Source: Cystobasidiomycetes sp. EMM_F5 (Eukaryota). Taken from it: a stretch of DNA of 64,000 bases. The stretch spans positions 124,001 through 188,000 of the forward strand of contig JBPGPT010000017.1 in NCBI GenBank assembly GCA_051047955.1, read 5' to 3'. Positions within the stretch are counted from its first letter, which is position 1. Each line of letters starts with the position of its first letter. Made by a program: the position numbers and the translations under genes. The notes under the pieces were generated by a model. It saw nothing but the letters and a program-made list of their open reading frames with translations, was not told the origin of the DNA and searched no databases. Below, piece by piece: positions 38,889 to 51,687 of this stretch.

Positions 38889-41800
38889 TCATACGGCTTT
38901 CTCACCGCGCAGCTTAGCTAGCATAGGCTTCGCATCCTGACTTTTTGTTACACGCAATCGCTTAGAATCCGTCCTTCTCTCCGCATACCGTCTTCCAAAC
39001 TTCCATGTTTCGGCGCTGCTCACGAGCTTGGATCAGCTCAAATCCTTTGAGGATGTCTGCGGAACTCACAATGCAATGTAAACAAATACAGAGGCAGCGA
39101 TCATACCCTACATGTTTTGTTGTCAGCTTCTTCAGTCAGACTGACGCTGTCAAGCTTACCCATTCCCAAGTGAGGGTGTCCACCAAGAACACGTCTCTAT
39201 TGATGACAGGCTGCCGATGGGTTTTTACCATCAACATCCGAAGCCAGTCTGGAGCAGAATAGAACCCACAATATAGACCACTGGGAATACACTCAGGCAT
39301 AGAACCAAAATCGAAACTAGAAGAGCCTTGTTATCGAGATGGTTCATCTGGAATATGGATCTTGTTGGATGCTTGCACGTTGCGGCATGGACTAGTATCG
39401 ACGTGGGCCCTTCCATTAGCGTAATGCAAACTCAGCGCGGTCGGTATGACTCACACATCAGGACGATCAGGAACGAGCTGAAACATGCTGCTCGGGCTGT
39501 CCCAGTGTCGTGACAAATGTCGGGCAGGAGTTCTTCGTTACAGCCGTAGCCGAGATAGCCTTGGAAATATCCGTAAAGAGTTGCAGTAAAGTTGCCCAAT
39601 GAGATGCCGGCCATGACAAGTCCATAATACACCAGGTCCAGATCTGCGCACGTGGAAGTGTCAGAAAATGCAGTCTGGACGTTTTTTTTCACAGACATAC
39701 ACCACTCGAGAGTAAACATGGACGCAAAATCCTTCGGACCCCTGTCCATGGCGTCCACAGGTGTAGGCTCGATACCGAGCGCCAGCCTGAAGATAAAACA
39801 ATATAAGCCCCCCGAATATTCCCCGACTGTGTTTTCACATACGCTGGAGGACCTGCTGCCAACGTATTGATCCAGAGGGCGGCAACCGGAGAAATTGGAA
39901 AGGTGCTTTCGCCGCGTTCATCGATGAAGGCGAGACCAATCATGAGAATGAGAACTTCGGCCAGGTTGCCAGATAGTAGGTACAGCAGAAATTTCTTGAG
40001 GTTGAAGAAGATACCTCGGCCTTTGCGAATGGCTGTAATGATGGTCGAGAAGTTGTCATCGGCAAGGACAATCTCTGCACTTTGTTTGGCAACATCGGAA
40101 CCATTGAGCCCCATGGCGACACCCACATCAGAGCGCTTTAGAGATGGGGCATCGTTGACTCCATCTCCGGTCATGACGCACATCCGCTTCCTGCGATGTA
40201 GAGCCTCGACCATTCGTACTTTTGTTTCCGGTGCACAGCGGGCTAGCACTCTTGGTAGCTGTGGTAGTGCATCGATCTCCTCCTCCGAGAGCGCGTCGAA
40301 TTGAGGTCCAGTCATGACCGTTGAATGACCAAAGTCCTTGCCAATAATGCCAACTTGTTGGGCAATAGCGGTCGCAGTAGCCAAATGATCTCCAGTCAGC
40401 ATTCGCGGAACAATCGACGCATGATGACAGTTTTCGACAGCTTGTGCAGATTCCGGCCTTGGTGGATCGCTTAATTCAAGCAGTCAGCACAATTGACATG
40501 GTAGTCGGCAGACAGCAACTCACTAGATGCCTGCCAATCCCAAGAAAGCCATATTTCGCTCGAGGTCGTCCCTCTCTACATGCTGGACAGTCTCTTCGTC
40601 CTCAACACTCATCTTCTTGCCACACAGGGTGAGTACTCGAAGTCCTTGGGCAGCCAGCTTTTCATAGTGCGACATGATATCTTTGCGATGATCCGCTGTA
40701 ATCTTGACACTCTTTTGGCCGAACAGGATGGTTTCGCAGCGCTCGAAAACTCTCTCGAAGGCGCCTTTCATTACCACCAATACATGAGCTTGATCGTCAA
40801 GATTCGAGAGATCAGAAGGATGGTATCGATATGCCACTGTCATTCGCTAAGCGTCGGACGTTAATTGAGTCTGGCGAAGATCTATACGCCGAATGGATGT
40901 ACTTACTTTAATGCCAGAGTCAAACGGATGCTCAATGAGCTTCTCGTAGTGCCCGCCAATTTTCTTTGTCTTCAAGGGCCGCCTAATATCGCTGTCGTGA
41001 GTCTGAATACGCTGGAGATCTGGCCTGTGCGTAAGGTGTGGACGACCGTGACCCAGTTTGTGCGCGAACTGATCGATGAATTATTATCAGCCGATGTCGT
41101 ACTACCTTTTAAGACAGTACGTACCACAAGGAGCGCAACCTCAGTTGCATCACCATGCGCCTCCCATTTCCCTTTCCCTTCATCCTCCTTGTCATGGGAA
41201 CGGTGGATCGTCGCGGAGCTGCAGAGAGAGGCGCAAAGGACCATGTCTCGAAGTGGCGGCTCGATAGTATTCTGATTGACAAGGCGATGTGCCCACTCTT
41301 CGTCATCGCTGTCGTCGTCCTGCCCAAACTTATCGCCATCTGCGTAAGAATCAATGACCATAACTCTGCCTCTCGGATAGTACGGATCAGAGCCCGATTC
41401 TACAGCGTATATCTGACCGTGCTTTGTGTCGAGTTCGACCTTGCTGACATCTTCCTCATTGACGGAGATTTTTGCAGGGATCCAAGCTTGCTTCATTACC
41501 ATCTTGCCGAGCGTGATGGTGCCTGTTTTGTCAGAGCAGACGTCGGTCACTGCTGCAAGAGTCTCGATGGCATTCATCTTTCGGACCAAGGCATTGCTGT
41601 CTGCCAAAGTTCGGCTAGCACGAGCAAGTGACAATGCTACTACGGCAGGTAGACTGGCAGGCAGTAGTGAGACAGCTGCAGCTACAGCATAGGTGGCTGG
41701 AGACCAGGAATGCTCTGCTCAGCTTACATCGCGAATTCGAGCATAAAGCTCAACTTACCGATAGTCAAAGGAATATTCTGAAACGCTGTGGAAGCCACGA

Positions 41801-42901
41801 CGATGAATGCCAGTAAGCATGCGACTCCAAAGAGTATGTAAGCCAGTGCATTGAGCTTCTTTTGCAAGGGGGTCGTTTCTTCAAGGCCCAAAAAGACTTT
41901 GAATTTATACCATTGCAGTGCAAATCCGGTACGAGGATTTGTGACCTTCCTGCTCATCGCATCTGAAATCTTGCCTAATTCGGTTTGCATGCCAGTCGCG
42001 ACACAGATGACACGAGCTCGTCCTTTGACGACTTGGGAGCCTGAATATATCATGTTTGTGCGGTCTCCAACAGCTGTAGAAAATAGTTATCAGCTTACTG
42101 CTAAGCATCGCAAAACCAGTGAACCTACGACAGACAGGATCTGAAATGGCTTCGCCAGTCTTTACGCTTGGCAAGGATTCGCCGGTAAGAAGTGCTTCGT
42201 CACATTCAAGTCCAGAGAGATCTTCGGGAATAATGCGGCAATCCGCCGGCACAATGTCACCAATCTTGACAAGTATGATATCGCCTGGCACAACCTCTTC
42301 CGTCTTCACAGTCTTTGTCTGCCCCTCTGAGCCTTTTGAGCCGCTGCTCATTCGGACAACTGTCGCCTCGGGGCTCCCAACGGCTTCAAGCGCGGCAACC
42401 ACCTAGAATAGCATGGACGAGACAGTCACTCCTTGCTGCTCGTGTCAAGTCATGGTCTCTCACCTTCTCCGCTTTGTACTCGTTGATCGTGCCGACTCCG
42501 ACGTTCAAGAAAACTAAAGCAGCAATGACACCTCCACTGATGTAGTCCTGTGTACCAAAACCTAGCACAGCAGCCGTCAGCATCCTATAGTTCGTACCCA
42601 CATTCAAGCAAAGTGTACGCCACTTACTGACTGCCGCAGCCGCAATAAGTACCATAGTCATCGCATTGAGCAGATTGCGCAATAAAATACCCCAGAAGCT
42701 TGGTGGAGGTGTCTCCTTCAATCTGTTCAGGCCGTAAGTCTGCTTGTTTTGCTCGACTGTACTATCCGAAAGCCCGAGCTTAGGATCCGTCCCAAAGCCT
42801 TTAAGGACATTTTTGATATCTAGTGTATGCGCTGGGCCAGACAGGACACTTGGAACGCCGTCTGACCTTGCTGTACTTTGTGTGTTTGTGCGGCCTTCCA
42901 T
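38889..42901 (-). CDS. ENA1: P-type ATPase, ENA-like Na+/K+ exporter (type IID)
   Basis: DEALLTGES, CSDKTGTITLGKM, MLTGDH, MTGDGVNDAPSLK, MGLNGSDVAK, TPLQKKL. Many short introns; last exon ends GEKAV*. Confidence 0.9.
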
Positions 42902-43471
42902 ATTGGCGGAACTTGATTTTGCGGGGTACAGTGTGGAGTTGCTGACGTCCTGTGCTGGAAACGAATGATGTGCTCAACAGAGCAGTGATGTCGAGAGTCG
43001 TAAGAAGTGACCTCTGTCGTATAGAGTGAGCGCTGTAGGCGCTAGCGCACAGCTGTCAAGCGCTTCTAACGTTGCGGTGGAGCACGAGCTTCCGAAGCTG
43101 TGCTGGCAGGGTACTAGCTCGAAATTTCCTGTGTGTTTGAGGAATACGAAAACAAGCCGGGTTGGGATGAAACATTGCGAGATGAATGCAAAATCTTTCC
43201 TACCAAACTGATCCCCCGGTGTCTATTTCTGAAACGCTTGTAACTTGATGCCAAGATTCCTAGGCACGAGCGAGGTCCAATGAGATCATTGGCAAGAATG
43301 AACGCATACGAGTATGGTTGCATAGAAGCTTGCGATTTCATGGCCAAGAATGTGGACAGGAAGATTAGATAGACCACGCTTCGATTGTCGCATCGCATCG
43401 ATAAGTATGTCAGTATCAAGGAGTACAAACACAGCTCAATTTCCCTCTAGCTTTTGCTTCAAATTCATTCT

Positions 43472-43921
43472 CTATTCGACGAATGTTGCCTCCATACGCA
43501 TCGTCCCAGCCGTCCTAGTACTCGATCTATCGTTGTTGCACCAGCTAGCATGTCGCAAGGAGCACGTCGCGAATACTTTCCGAGCCAGTCGGCAATAAGC
43601 CTTGGCGGCGTTTCGGCTGATTGTACCTGAATTGTGGCAGCATTGGCATTCTGTATGTTATCCGCGTAAAGTGCTCTATGTTGGTCAAGCGAGGTGTACA
43701 GGATAGTCAGTGAGACTCACTAGGACGATTCAGCGTCCTGAAAGCCGTCCAGATTGCCATGCGTAAGTGAGATTAGTTTCACATCAGCAAGAACATGCAC
43801 CTTGCGAGCTGGGCTGAGTAGTGGGGTCACTGTGTGTAACAATGTCATACGTGGTGCGCTAGATAGATTGGAATATTGAAGAGCTGAGGAGACCAATTGA
43901 TTGCGTACGTCTCGAGGACAT
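43472..43921 (-). other. Candidate micro-exon-rich small gene (5 exons, 58 or 74 aa depending on last acceptor)
   Basis: Four consecutive GT-AG intron-like segments (43859-43908, 43809-43850, 43738-43800, 43651 or 43676 to 43720) separated by 8-, 8- and 17-nt exons keep an open frame from ATG 43921. No homolog recognised. Confidence 0.4.
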
Positions 43922-44029
43922 CCGTCTTGGAGTAGCGCGCTGCAGAAATCGAAATTGCCAGACCATATCGCCATAGGTTTTCTAGCAACTCGAAGCATCC
44001 ACTGAAGGCGCCGAGCGGTCTGTCATAAT

Positions 44030-45675
44030 ATGTCGCTGTTCAAGACGGGGTTCGCAGTAGACGCGATACAGCCAGTTCGGGGAAACGATGGTGCAGGCAG
44101 CTCCGGCCATGGAGGTGGTGCTGGCAGAAAACGCAAGCGCGCCGGCGGTGACCATGCTGGCGTCGCCAGTAGTACTGGCAGCACAAGCAGAAGTGTCCCA
44201 ACAAGCAAAGCTGCCCAGACTCAGGAAGCGCAGATCAACTTAGAAAAGCTCATGAAGAAATTGAAGGATGTCGGAACCGGCGGTGGTGGGAAAGGAAAAC
44301 ACCAATCTGGATCATCGCAGTCCAAGCAGCAGGTCGCAAAAGCTACTAGCCATGTCGAAAAGGCGACATTTGCTACCACGTCAACTCCAAAGCCTGGCAG
44401 CGGACAGCAGAAACGTAACTTTGAGCAAGTCGATACGTCAGACGGCTCAAAACAAGCACGACAACCGAAGGCAAAGCCAACCAATTCAGCAGCTCCATAC
44501 ACCCTCTCAGAAACGGATCTCGAAAAGCAACGTCAAAGACGCGAGAAGAAGACAAGAAAGCAGGCTGGACCAGGCGCGGGTGTACACTCTGTCAAGAAGG
44601 CTGCCAATGGCAATGACAGCGTTGTAGAAGACGTCACATCTCCCTCTTCAAATGTTGTCGCGGAAGCGTTACTACCCTCTGGCAGTAATGCTTTGACAGC
44701 ACTGCAGAAAAGCATGCAAAAGAAGCTCGGCGGGGCAAGGTTTCGCTGGATAAATGAACAATTGGTGCGAGCGCATTCTACATCGTACGAATTGCATTAA
44801 CGTCTACACGTTCTTGCAGTACACTACTACTGGCGAAAAAGCGCACGAAATAATGAAAGATGACCCCTCTGTCTTTGACGAGGTGCGGCTCAAGCCCTCG
44901 CTAGCATCACTCAGAAGAGCTGTCCTGATGATGTATTGTCGGTCTAGTATCATAGCGGGTTCCGGTCACAAGCCTCCAGCTGGCCCGCCCAACCAGTCCA
45001 GCTCTTCATCAGTGCTCTCGTCAGCGAATACGACAGCGGGCATCAAGGGCCAAAGGTTGTCATTGCTGATCTCGGTTGCGGAGATGCCCAACTAGCACAA
45101 GATCTAGTCTCAAAAGGGTTTACTGTGCTGTCATTTGACCTGATCAGCGTGAACGCCTGGGTTGTCCAAGCACAGTGTACCCGAAGAGTGCCTTTGCCTG
45201 GTGGCTTTGGAACGGCTTCAGCGGCCGCTATTGTCGATGTTGTTGTGTGTTGTCTCAGCTTGATGGGCAATGACTGGCTTGGCATGATTACAGAAGCCAG
45301 GCGAATACTAAAGCAAGGGTGAGTAGTACACATACCGATCCTGTGTCTGATTAAGGGTACTGAGGTTTTGCATTTCGCCTTCAGCGGCAAATTGAAGATT
45401 GCGGAAGTAACGTCGCGGTTCACAGACGGAAAAGCTTTCATCAAGCTCATCGAAGAGTGCGGATTCAAGCTTCTTAGCAAGGTCAGCAATATTTCGCATC
45501 GTAAACGACGGCGGGCTGACCAGTGCTCGTCGAGCAGGACGAGTCAAATACGCATTTTATCATGTTTGAATTCGAAGCGGTCTTCTTTAGAACGAGCGAC
45601 ACGCAGAGTAGCGAAGAGGATTTGACGACACGCTCGCAGAATCTCTTGAAGCCCTGTCTGTACAAGAAGCGATAA
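44030..45675 (+). CDS. RRP8: 25S rRNA adenine-N1 methyltransferase Rrp8
   Basis: MQKKLGGARFRWINEQL YTT, YHSGFRSQASSWPAQP, VIADLGCGDAQLA, VVCCLSLMG, IAEVTSRF, LKPCLYKKR*. Confidence 0.95.
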
Positions 45676-45999
45676 AACGATCTCAATCAATGGGATTGTG
45701 ACCGTTGATGTCAATCATCGTGGAATAAGCTCATTATTCTGCCAATAGCGATATCCCGATACTATCAGTCTGCAGACTTGAACCAATGCAACAACACATG
45801 CGCATGCTATTTACATGACTTGACTAAACAGAACACACATGACTTTCCTTGCAATTGCGAAATCCCATAATTATGCCATCATGCAGGCAAGCGACTACCA
45901 TAACAATACTGAGAATCAGAGAAGCCTTGCACTATTACCCGATCAAGAGGGACAAACTGTACACGAGAAGCTCGCGAGTCCCAATGTAAGTAAGAGCCG

Positions 46000-48843
46000 T
46001 CAGTCGACGTATGCAACCAGCCTCTGAGCGGTCTGTACCCATTCATCCAATTCTTCATCGCTCTGCAATTCGACCAGTCTCGCGCCTCCGCTCAACACAA
46101 TGAGCGACTGCATTTGCGTCGGACTCAACGGCTGGTTCGTTTCGTCGCGGTACCGGAAGTGGGAGACTTCGCTGCCTAGACGTTCGCGGACCTTGTCGAG
46201 AAGAGGCCCAAGCCGTATGGAAGGCGGCACGCGAATAGCAATGAGATCGTCTGTATTTCTGTGGAAAATCTTAATCTTCACAAACGGAGGTGGATTGGCG
46301 GCATTTGATTGGCTTGCGCCACCAGCTTGGCGATGATGCGCACTGGAAACAGACGACGACTGCCCGTGCTGAGCTGATGGCTGCTGTACTGACCCTTGCG
46401 CAAAAGGCGAGATGAAACTGATGCCCGAACCCGCCGACAGCGGATTACCTTGGGTGCCCTTGTTATCCGACGAGTAGGACGCCGGCGACATGTACGAACC
46501 TGGGCCTGTATTGCTCGGTGGTCTTTGCTGTTGGTAAACCGGAGAATTGCCTCCGGAAGCCATAGTGTATCCCGCAAAGGGGCCTCCGCCTTTCGATGAA
46601 GATGTCGAGGTATTGAGTGGCGGCAGATTTGTCGGCTTCTTCTGCCCACCGCTTTGGGTGGTGTCCACACCGTTCTGCTTCGACACGGTAGCTTTCGCCA
46701 TGCCACTTGTTACTGACCCCATTTGATCAAGATACTCCACCACTTCTTCATCCAACGCTCTTTGTCGCATTCCAGCTGCCGACTGGGCGACCTCACGATC
46801 TCTCTCACGGTCTCTGGCCTTTTCTGCTTCCCACCGCGCTCGCATAGCATCGTTGGGCACTGCGACCTCGACATCGCCTGGTCTCGGCATGAGGAATTCA
46901 TAGAATAAAGGATGGGATCGCATATAATCTGGCAGTAACACCAGTCCCTTCAGGTAGGTAGTGAGATCATTCACGCGAGTAGCGCATACGATATGATCAA
47001 CGTTATTGACAGGCCCTGGCATCTTTGGTATGATTCGCCTTGGTTGGCTGCCTGGAGGAGCATCGGGAGGTAGCGCATTGCCGGCTTCCACGAGGAACTC
47101 TTCCATGAGCGCATGGTGGAATTCAAAGAAATCCTCGTACAGCCTGTATAAAATGAGGGAATAGCCGGACTGGGCAAAGTTGACGCGCAAGTGGAACCAG
47201 TAGTTTTCCTCTTCCGAGTGAAAAGACTCGACTGTCGCGGTGGTGACGAGACCATATTTATCGTAATAGTCTTCTTCCGTTGACGTGTTGCCTCCTGAAG
47301 CGAGACCAGTCTCATCGTCGCGTCCCTGCCCATTCGGATGCATTGGCTGCGTTGGCGATCCTTCCGCATAATCCGGTTCGGTGTGCTGATGGGCACCGTT
47401 GTACGACCCATTCTGCTGCACGTATTGCTGCTGGTACTGCTGCGCCGCGCTTGGAGCTTGTTTCTGCTGAACAACTGATCTCTGCTGATCCGACGAGTTT
47501 GTACCGGATGCGTTTGGGTTGAGCCCGGGTTGACGTGATGCCGATGGGTACGGTATGCTTGCCTTGGGTGTCAAATCTACGTCTTCTGGGCCGGGAGCAC
47601 CATTCGACCAGGCAGCAGGCCCTTGAGATGAAGAAGAAGAAGCAGTCGGTGTTGTCAAATTGGACCGCGAAGTAGACTCCGTCGGAAATTCAAACCTTCC
47701 AAGCGGAATTGAAGCTTGCTTGTATTCTGCCGTCATCTTTTTCCACTCGTCTACCGGAGGAACCATTCCGCTCTCAATCATATCTCGCACTTTTTCCGCT
47801 GGCAAGTGTTCGCCTTGATAAAGAGTCAATCTTAGTCATCTGGGTGCGCAAGAGTCGGAAGGAAGAGTATGCTCACCCGTGGTTGTATGGCTGATGGCAA
47901 CAAAGCTGACGGGAATAAGGCCAGGTCCGCCTAACCTCCCAATCGGTTTTGCTACAAACCATTCGTGATTGCTTTGCGCAATGACAATGATAGACTCTCC
48001 GCGCTTGGCGTCGAGCTCATCCTTTCGCTCTGCACGAAAGTCATACTGCACAACACCATACAGGGGTTGCGTCTTTCGCTTCACAGTCGATGCTGGTGTA
48101 CCTGCTCGTGGCGGATTCGGTAGAGACGAAGAAGAGGCATTAGCGCTAGTTTGAGGAAAGTTTGCGGATGAAGGAGACGGGGTAGGTGATATGCTGCTCT
48201 GCTTGCCGCCAGAGTTGCGACTTTGCGGAAAGCCGTATTGTTGGCTCTGAGGCAGACTTGCCGGAGGGCTGAGACCGTTGTTTGTCGGAACAGGCATACC
48301 GCCATTCACGTTATTGCCCTGTATGCTGCTGCTTGAAGGAGCTGTCGCTCGATTCTCACGCTCGTTACGACCGAGCACCTGAAAGCACGCTGCTGGAACG
48401 AGACCTCTTGCTCCGGTAAGGGGGTTTGACGCATCAAACCACGCTCCTTCTGCCGTCTCTTGGGCGTAACCATCGTGCGCTACGTGGAAAAAGTCTCCAG
48501 CCTCAAAGGACAGCTCCCGCATCGACTGGGCTCGATACGAGGCAACTGCGCGAATGACCTTCTTTGGCGGGACTTTGCCAGCCGCGCCGGGACGAGGAGC
48601 TAGTGATATGCCATTTGCGGGCGCGCTTGAGCCAGACCGTAACGACGCATTGGATGAATTTGCAGCTCCTGACGCGTAAATGCCGTTGAGTTGACTGTTG
48701 TTTCCGCCGCCCAGGATATGGTGGTTTGACGACATGGCGTGGTGCATTGCTCCACCGACAGCGTTGGTGTTGATGTGATTACTGCTGCTAGCCCCTCCCC
48801 CGTTGGCGCTGTCGTTCTTGAGCGACCTTCTGATTCCCTTCAT
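46000..48843 (-). CDS. BEM1: Polarity scaffold Bem1/Scd2 (SH3-SH3-PX-PB1)
   Basis: Two SH3 domains (ELSFEAGDFF; YDFRAERKDELDAKRGE...WFVAKPIGRLGGPGLIPVSF), a PX domain (LYRLYEDFFEF) and a PB1 domain (FVKIKIFHRNTDDLIAIRV). Confidence 0.95.
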
Positions 48844-49292
48844 TATCGGTCACTTCTTTGTTCACATGCAACCAAACTTGGGCGTCGGGCAGTCGGTGAG
48901 CTGGACTGCAGGCCGAGCTGTGAGTGTCGGTGCTCGTCCAGGCTGCAGCAGGAGCAGACTCTCAATGTTGCCAGTGAGCAGCAAATGATGCAAAGTCAAA
49001 CAAGCTGCACGCCGTTTGAGGCGTAACGTGAAGCCGATCAGCCCGTGAAAGCGCGTGTACTGATGGCACGGCGAGGCAGTCTACTGAGGCTGGCAGCGTA
49101 CAAGTTGCACATAGTCACTGCTTTTACGGATGGACACCTCACTGACAGCGTGATAGATCAAAGTCTGCTCGGCCGTCACCCTTTTGTTTTGGCTTAGTGC
49201 CAGGACTGTCTGACTGGTCACCTTGACACTCCTCGCAAGGTCACTACTCTCACTCTGTCACTCTGCAAGTCTGCAGCGGAGACGTGGACACC

Positions 49293-50558
49293 ATGTCTGG
49301 CCGCTACTTTGCAGCGAGCAGTGGACTGGCTTCGACATCCAAGCGAGTCATCGAGGATGACCTTGATGACGCCAACGAAAACAACGAGGCAGAGAAAGAT
49401 GATGAAGAAGAAGAAGAGGAAGAGGAAGAAGACTTCATGTCGGACAAGTTCCTGCTAGCCGCAAAGGAGACTGACGCGAAAACAAAGAGACTATCCTACT
49501 CTGAGAAACGAAGAGCTGCCATCCGAAGAGGCGAAGAAAAGGGAATCATCAAGAGCCGGGCAGTCAGAGAGCGGGAAGCGAGGGAGGAAGGGCTGAGGAC
49601 GAGCTTGCTGATGGCGCCAAGTCATACAACCACGTCATCAAGCAATGCGACGCCGCCTTCAGGAGGTGGCAACAAGGCTCTAGACATGATGATGAAGATG
49701 GGCTTCAAGCCAGGTCAAGCGCTAGGCAAGCAAATCAACGGCAGCAGTCTGAATACCGCGACGCAACATGACGCTGTCGAGTCACAACACGACACTGAGG
49801 AGGAAGAGGATGGCTTTATATCGCTCTCTGGGATCGGGTCCAAGAAGCGTGCGAGCAGCGACAACCCGTCCGCTGCGTCGAGTAAACGCACAAACGACGA
49901 TAGGCGGATAGATCCACTTGAGATCAAGATGCGTACAGGACGAGCTGGATTCGGCGTCGAGGAAAACAAGCGGCGTAAATTGGCAGAAACCGTACAACAA
50001 GCTTCGTCAAAAGCAAGCGAAAGCATAGACGACTATCGTACGCGCGTACAGTCAAATCACCTCGAAAAGCGTGCAGAAGGTCAACTCGTCTCTGCACGAA
50101 AGACGTGCAAGGAGCTAGACGAAGGAAAAGGTATCAACAGTAATTACCTGTGGCTCGATCCCAAGGAAGAAGAGTATCGACGCCGCGCTATACTTTTGGG
50201 CAGCAGTACGAGCAGGTATGGCAACATGCAGAGACCAGACTCGCGGCTGGGCGATTTTGGTGGAGATGCTGTGCAGGCGGATGAGGATAACGTGTACGGC
50301 GATGATCAGTCCCGACGAGGAGCAGGAGACGGACGCATAGACATTGAGTTGGAGGACGAGGCTTTCGAAGATGATGAACTCGATCAGAGAGAGGACGACA
50401 AGCTTGCCTTTCTGCAGATGGATGCAAGAACACGTTTAAAAGAGACCGTAAGATACCTGCGAGACAGGTATAGCTATTGCTTCTGGTGCGGAAGTCAGTA
50501 TGGAAGTCAAGCGGAGATGGAAAATGAGTGTCCGGGCGAGGATGAGGAAGACCATTAA
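49293..50558 (+). CDS. G-patch domain protein with C-terminal DUF4187-like zinc module (GPATCH11-like), single exon
   Basis: EEDFMSDKFL; G-patch NKALDMMMKMGFKPGQALG...GRAGFG; C-terminal YLRDRYSYCFWCG...CPGEDEEDH. Confidence 0.88.
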   Translation: MSGRYFAASSGLASTSKRVIEDDLDDANENNEAEKDDEEEEEEEEEDFMSDKFLLAAKETDAKTKRLSYSEKRRAAIRRGEEKGIIKSRAVREREAREEGLRTSLLMAPSHTTTSSSNATPPSGGGNKALDMMMKMGFKPGQALGKQINGSSLNTATQHDAVESQHDTEEEEDGFISLSGIGSKKRASSDNPSAASSKRTNDDRRIDPLEIKMRTGRAGFGVEENKRRKLAETVQQASSKASESIDDYRTRVQSNHLEKRAEGQLVSARKTCKELDEGKGINSNYLWLDPKEEEYRRRAILLGSSTSRYGNMQRPDSRLGDFGGDAVQADEDNVYGDDQSRRGAGDGRIDIELEDEAFEDDELDQREDDKLAFLQMDARTRLKETVRYLRDRYSYCFWCGSQYGSQAEMENECPGEDEEDH

Positions 50559-50820
50559 CAAATCTTAGTATACAAATGTAGCGGTATATCGGACCAGTAC
50601 AAAGTGCAGTTGCTTGGTCGGTGACTTTGGGGATCAGCTCGGCTCATCGTCAGCAGATTTAGCAGGTCACCAGCATCTGTGAGAAGCTGTGCACAGCTGG
50701 AACAATCCAAAAACAACCTTGCCGCAAGGACACAACGGAAAGATGACACGGCGCGAGGAGGATACAGAAAGAAAGAAAAACGGATCCTGCTACTCGCGAC
50801 AAGTCTGCTTCGTCATGACT

Positions 50821-51687
50821 TTACGCCTCTACAGACAGGAACGAAAGTCAGCATCTAGTACGTGGAGCTTGAAATTGATACGCACTGATTGCGTAGCTGC
50901 GCTTGGGGAAGTGCGTCTGTCTCTTCTTTTGCCTCTCGGTGACTCTGGAAGATTCGTGCTGTACATCAAGCGATACACTTAGCCATGTCCATACGCGGTG
51001 CACCAACGTCTCGCCAACCTTGGTCAACGCTCTTCGGATGGCGCGGGTCTTCTTTGTACGCAGATCAAGTGGGAGGTATTGCTTCTTCTTGTAAAATTCA
51101 CGTAGGTTTTGTCGTTGCTTTTGGTTGATGACGGTCAAGACGCGGGCGATTCCTCGACGAACGGATGCACTGCAAGCGGTATCGGAAAATACGACACATC
51201 AGTTCATTGTCCGTTCCACTCTATTTAAACCATGCGCAGCGAAACAGCCGTAAGCGAGAAGGGCGTAATCGACAAGGTGTGTGTCTTTCGAGCATCGTTC
51301 CAAGCTGCCTTGATTGTCGAATGTCGGATCTCCTCTCGCCTGCCTGCTGCATCCATCCTGCACCTTGGCATCCTATGACTCACATCTTTGTGAGCCGCGC
51401 AGTGTTTCCTCCAGTCACTTTCTGCACACGGAGCTGCAGGAGCTCTCCCTTGAGCTCAGTGAGCTGGCTCTGGAGGTCCGCCTTGGACTTGCTCAGCAAT
51501 TCGTGCGCTTTGACCTGCATGTCGAGCAGTGTGGTATCGTAGATGCGTAATCAATCGTTTTTATCGAGTGGTCGTCGTTCGTTTGTGCAAATATTGGGTC
51601 GAGGTAAAATTGGCGGATTTCGACAGAGAACCGTCAGCAAGTGTCCAGCGCAGGTCCACCGACATTGCGCACCTCTGTTGGCGCCAT
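50821..51687 (-). CDS. RPL35: 60S ribosomal protein L35 (uL29), 5 exons
   Basis: Spliced: [38 protein letters not shown]...[47 protein letters not shown]...[11 protein letters not shown]. Confidence 0.96.

Noticed and set aside
30869..48843. Possible mating-type locus suggested by BEM1 and a PRM10-like gene
   Set aside because: No pheromone receptor, CaaX pheromone precursor, homeodomain or STE20/STE12 gene seen in the window.
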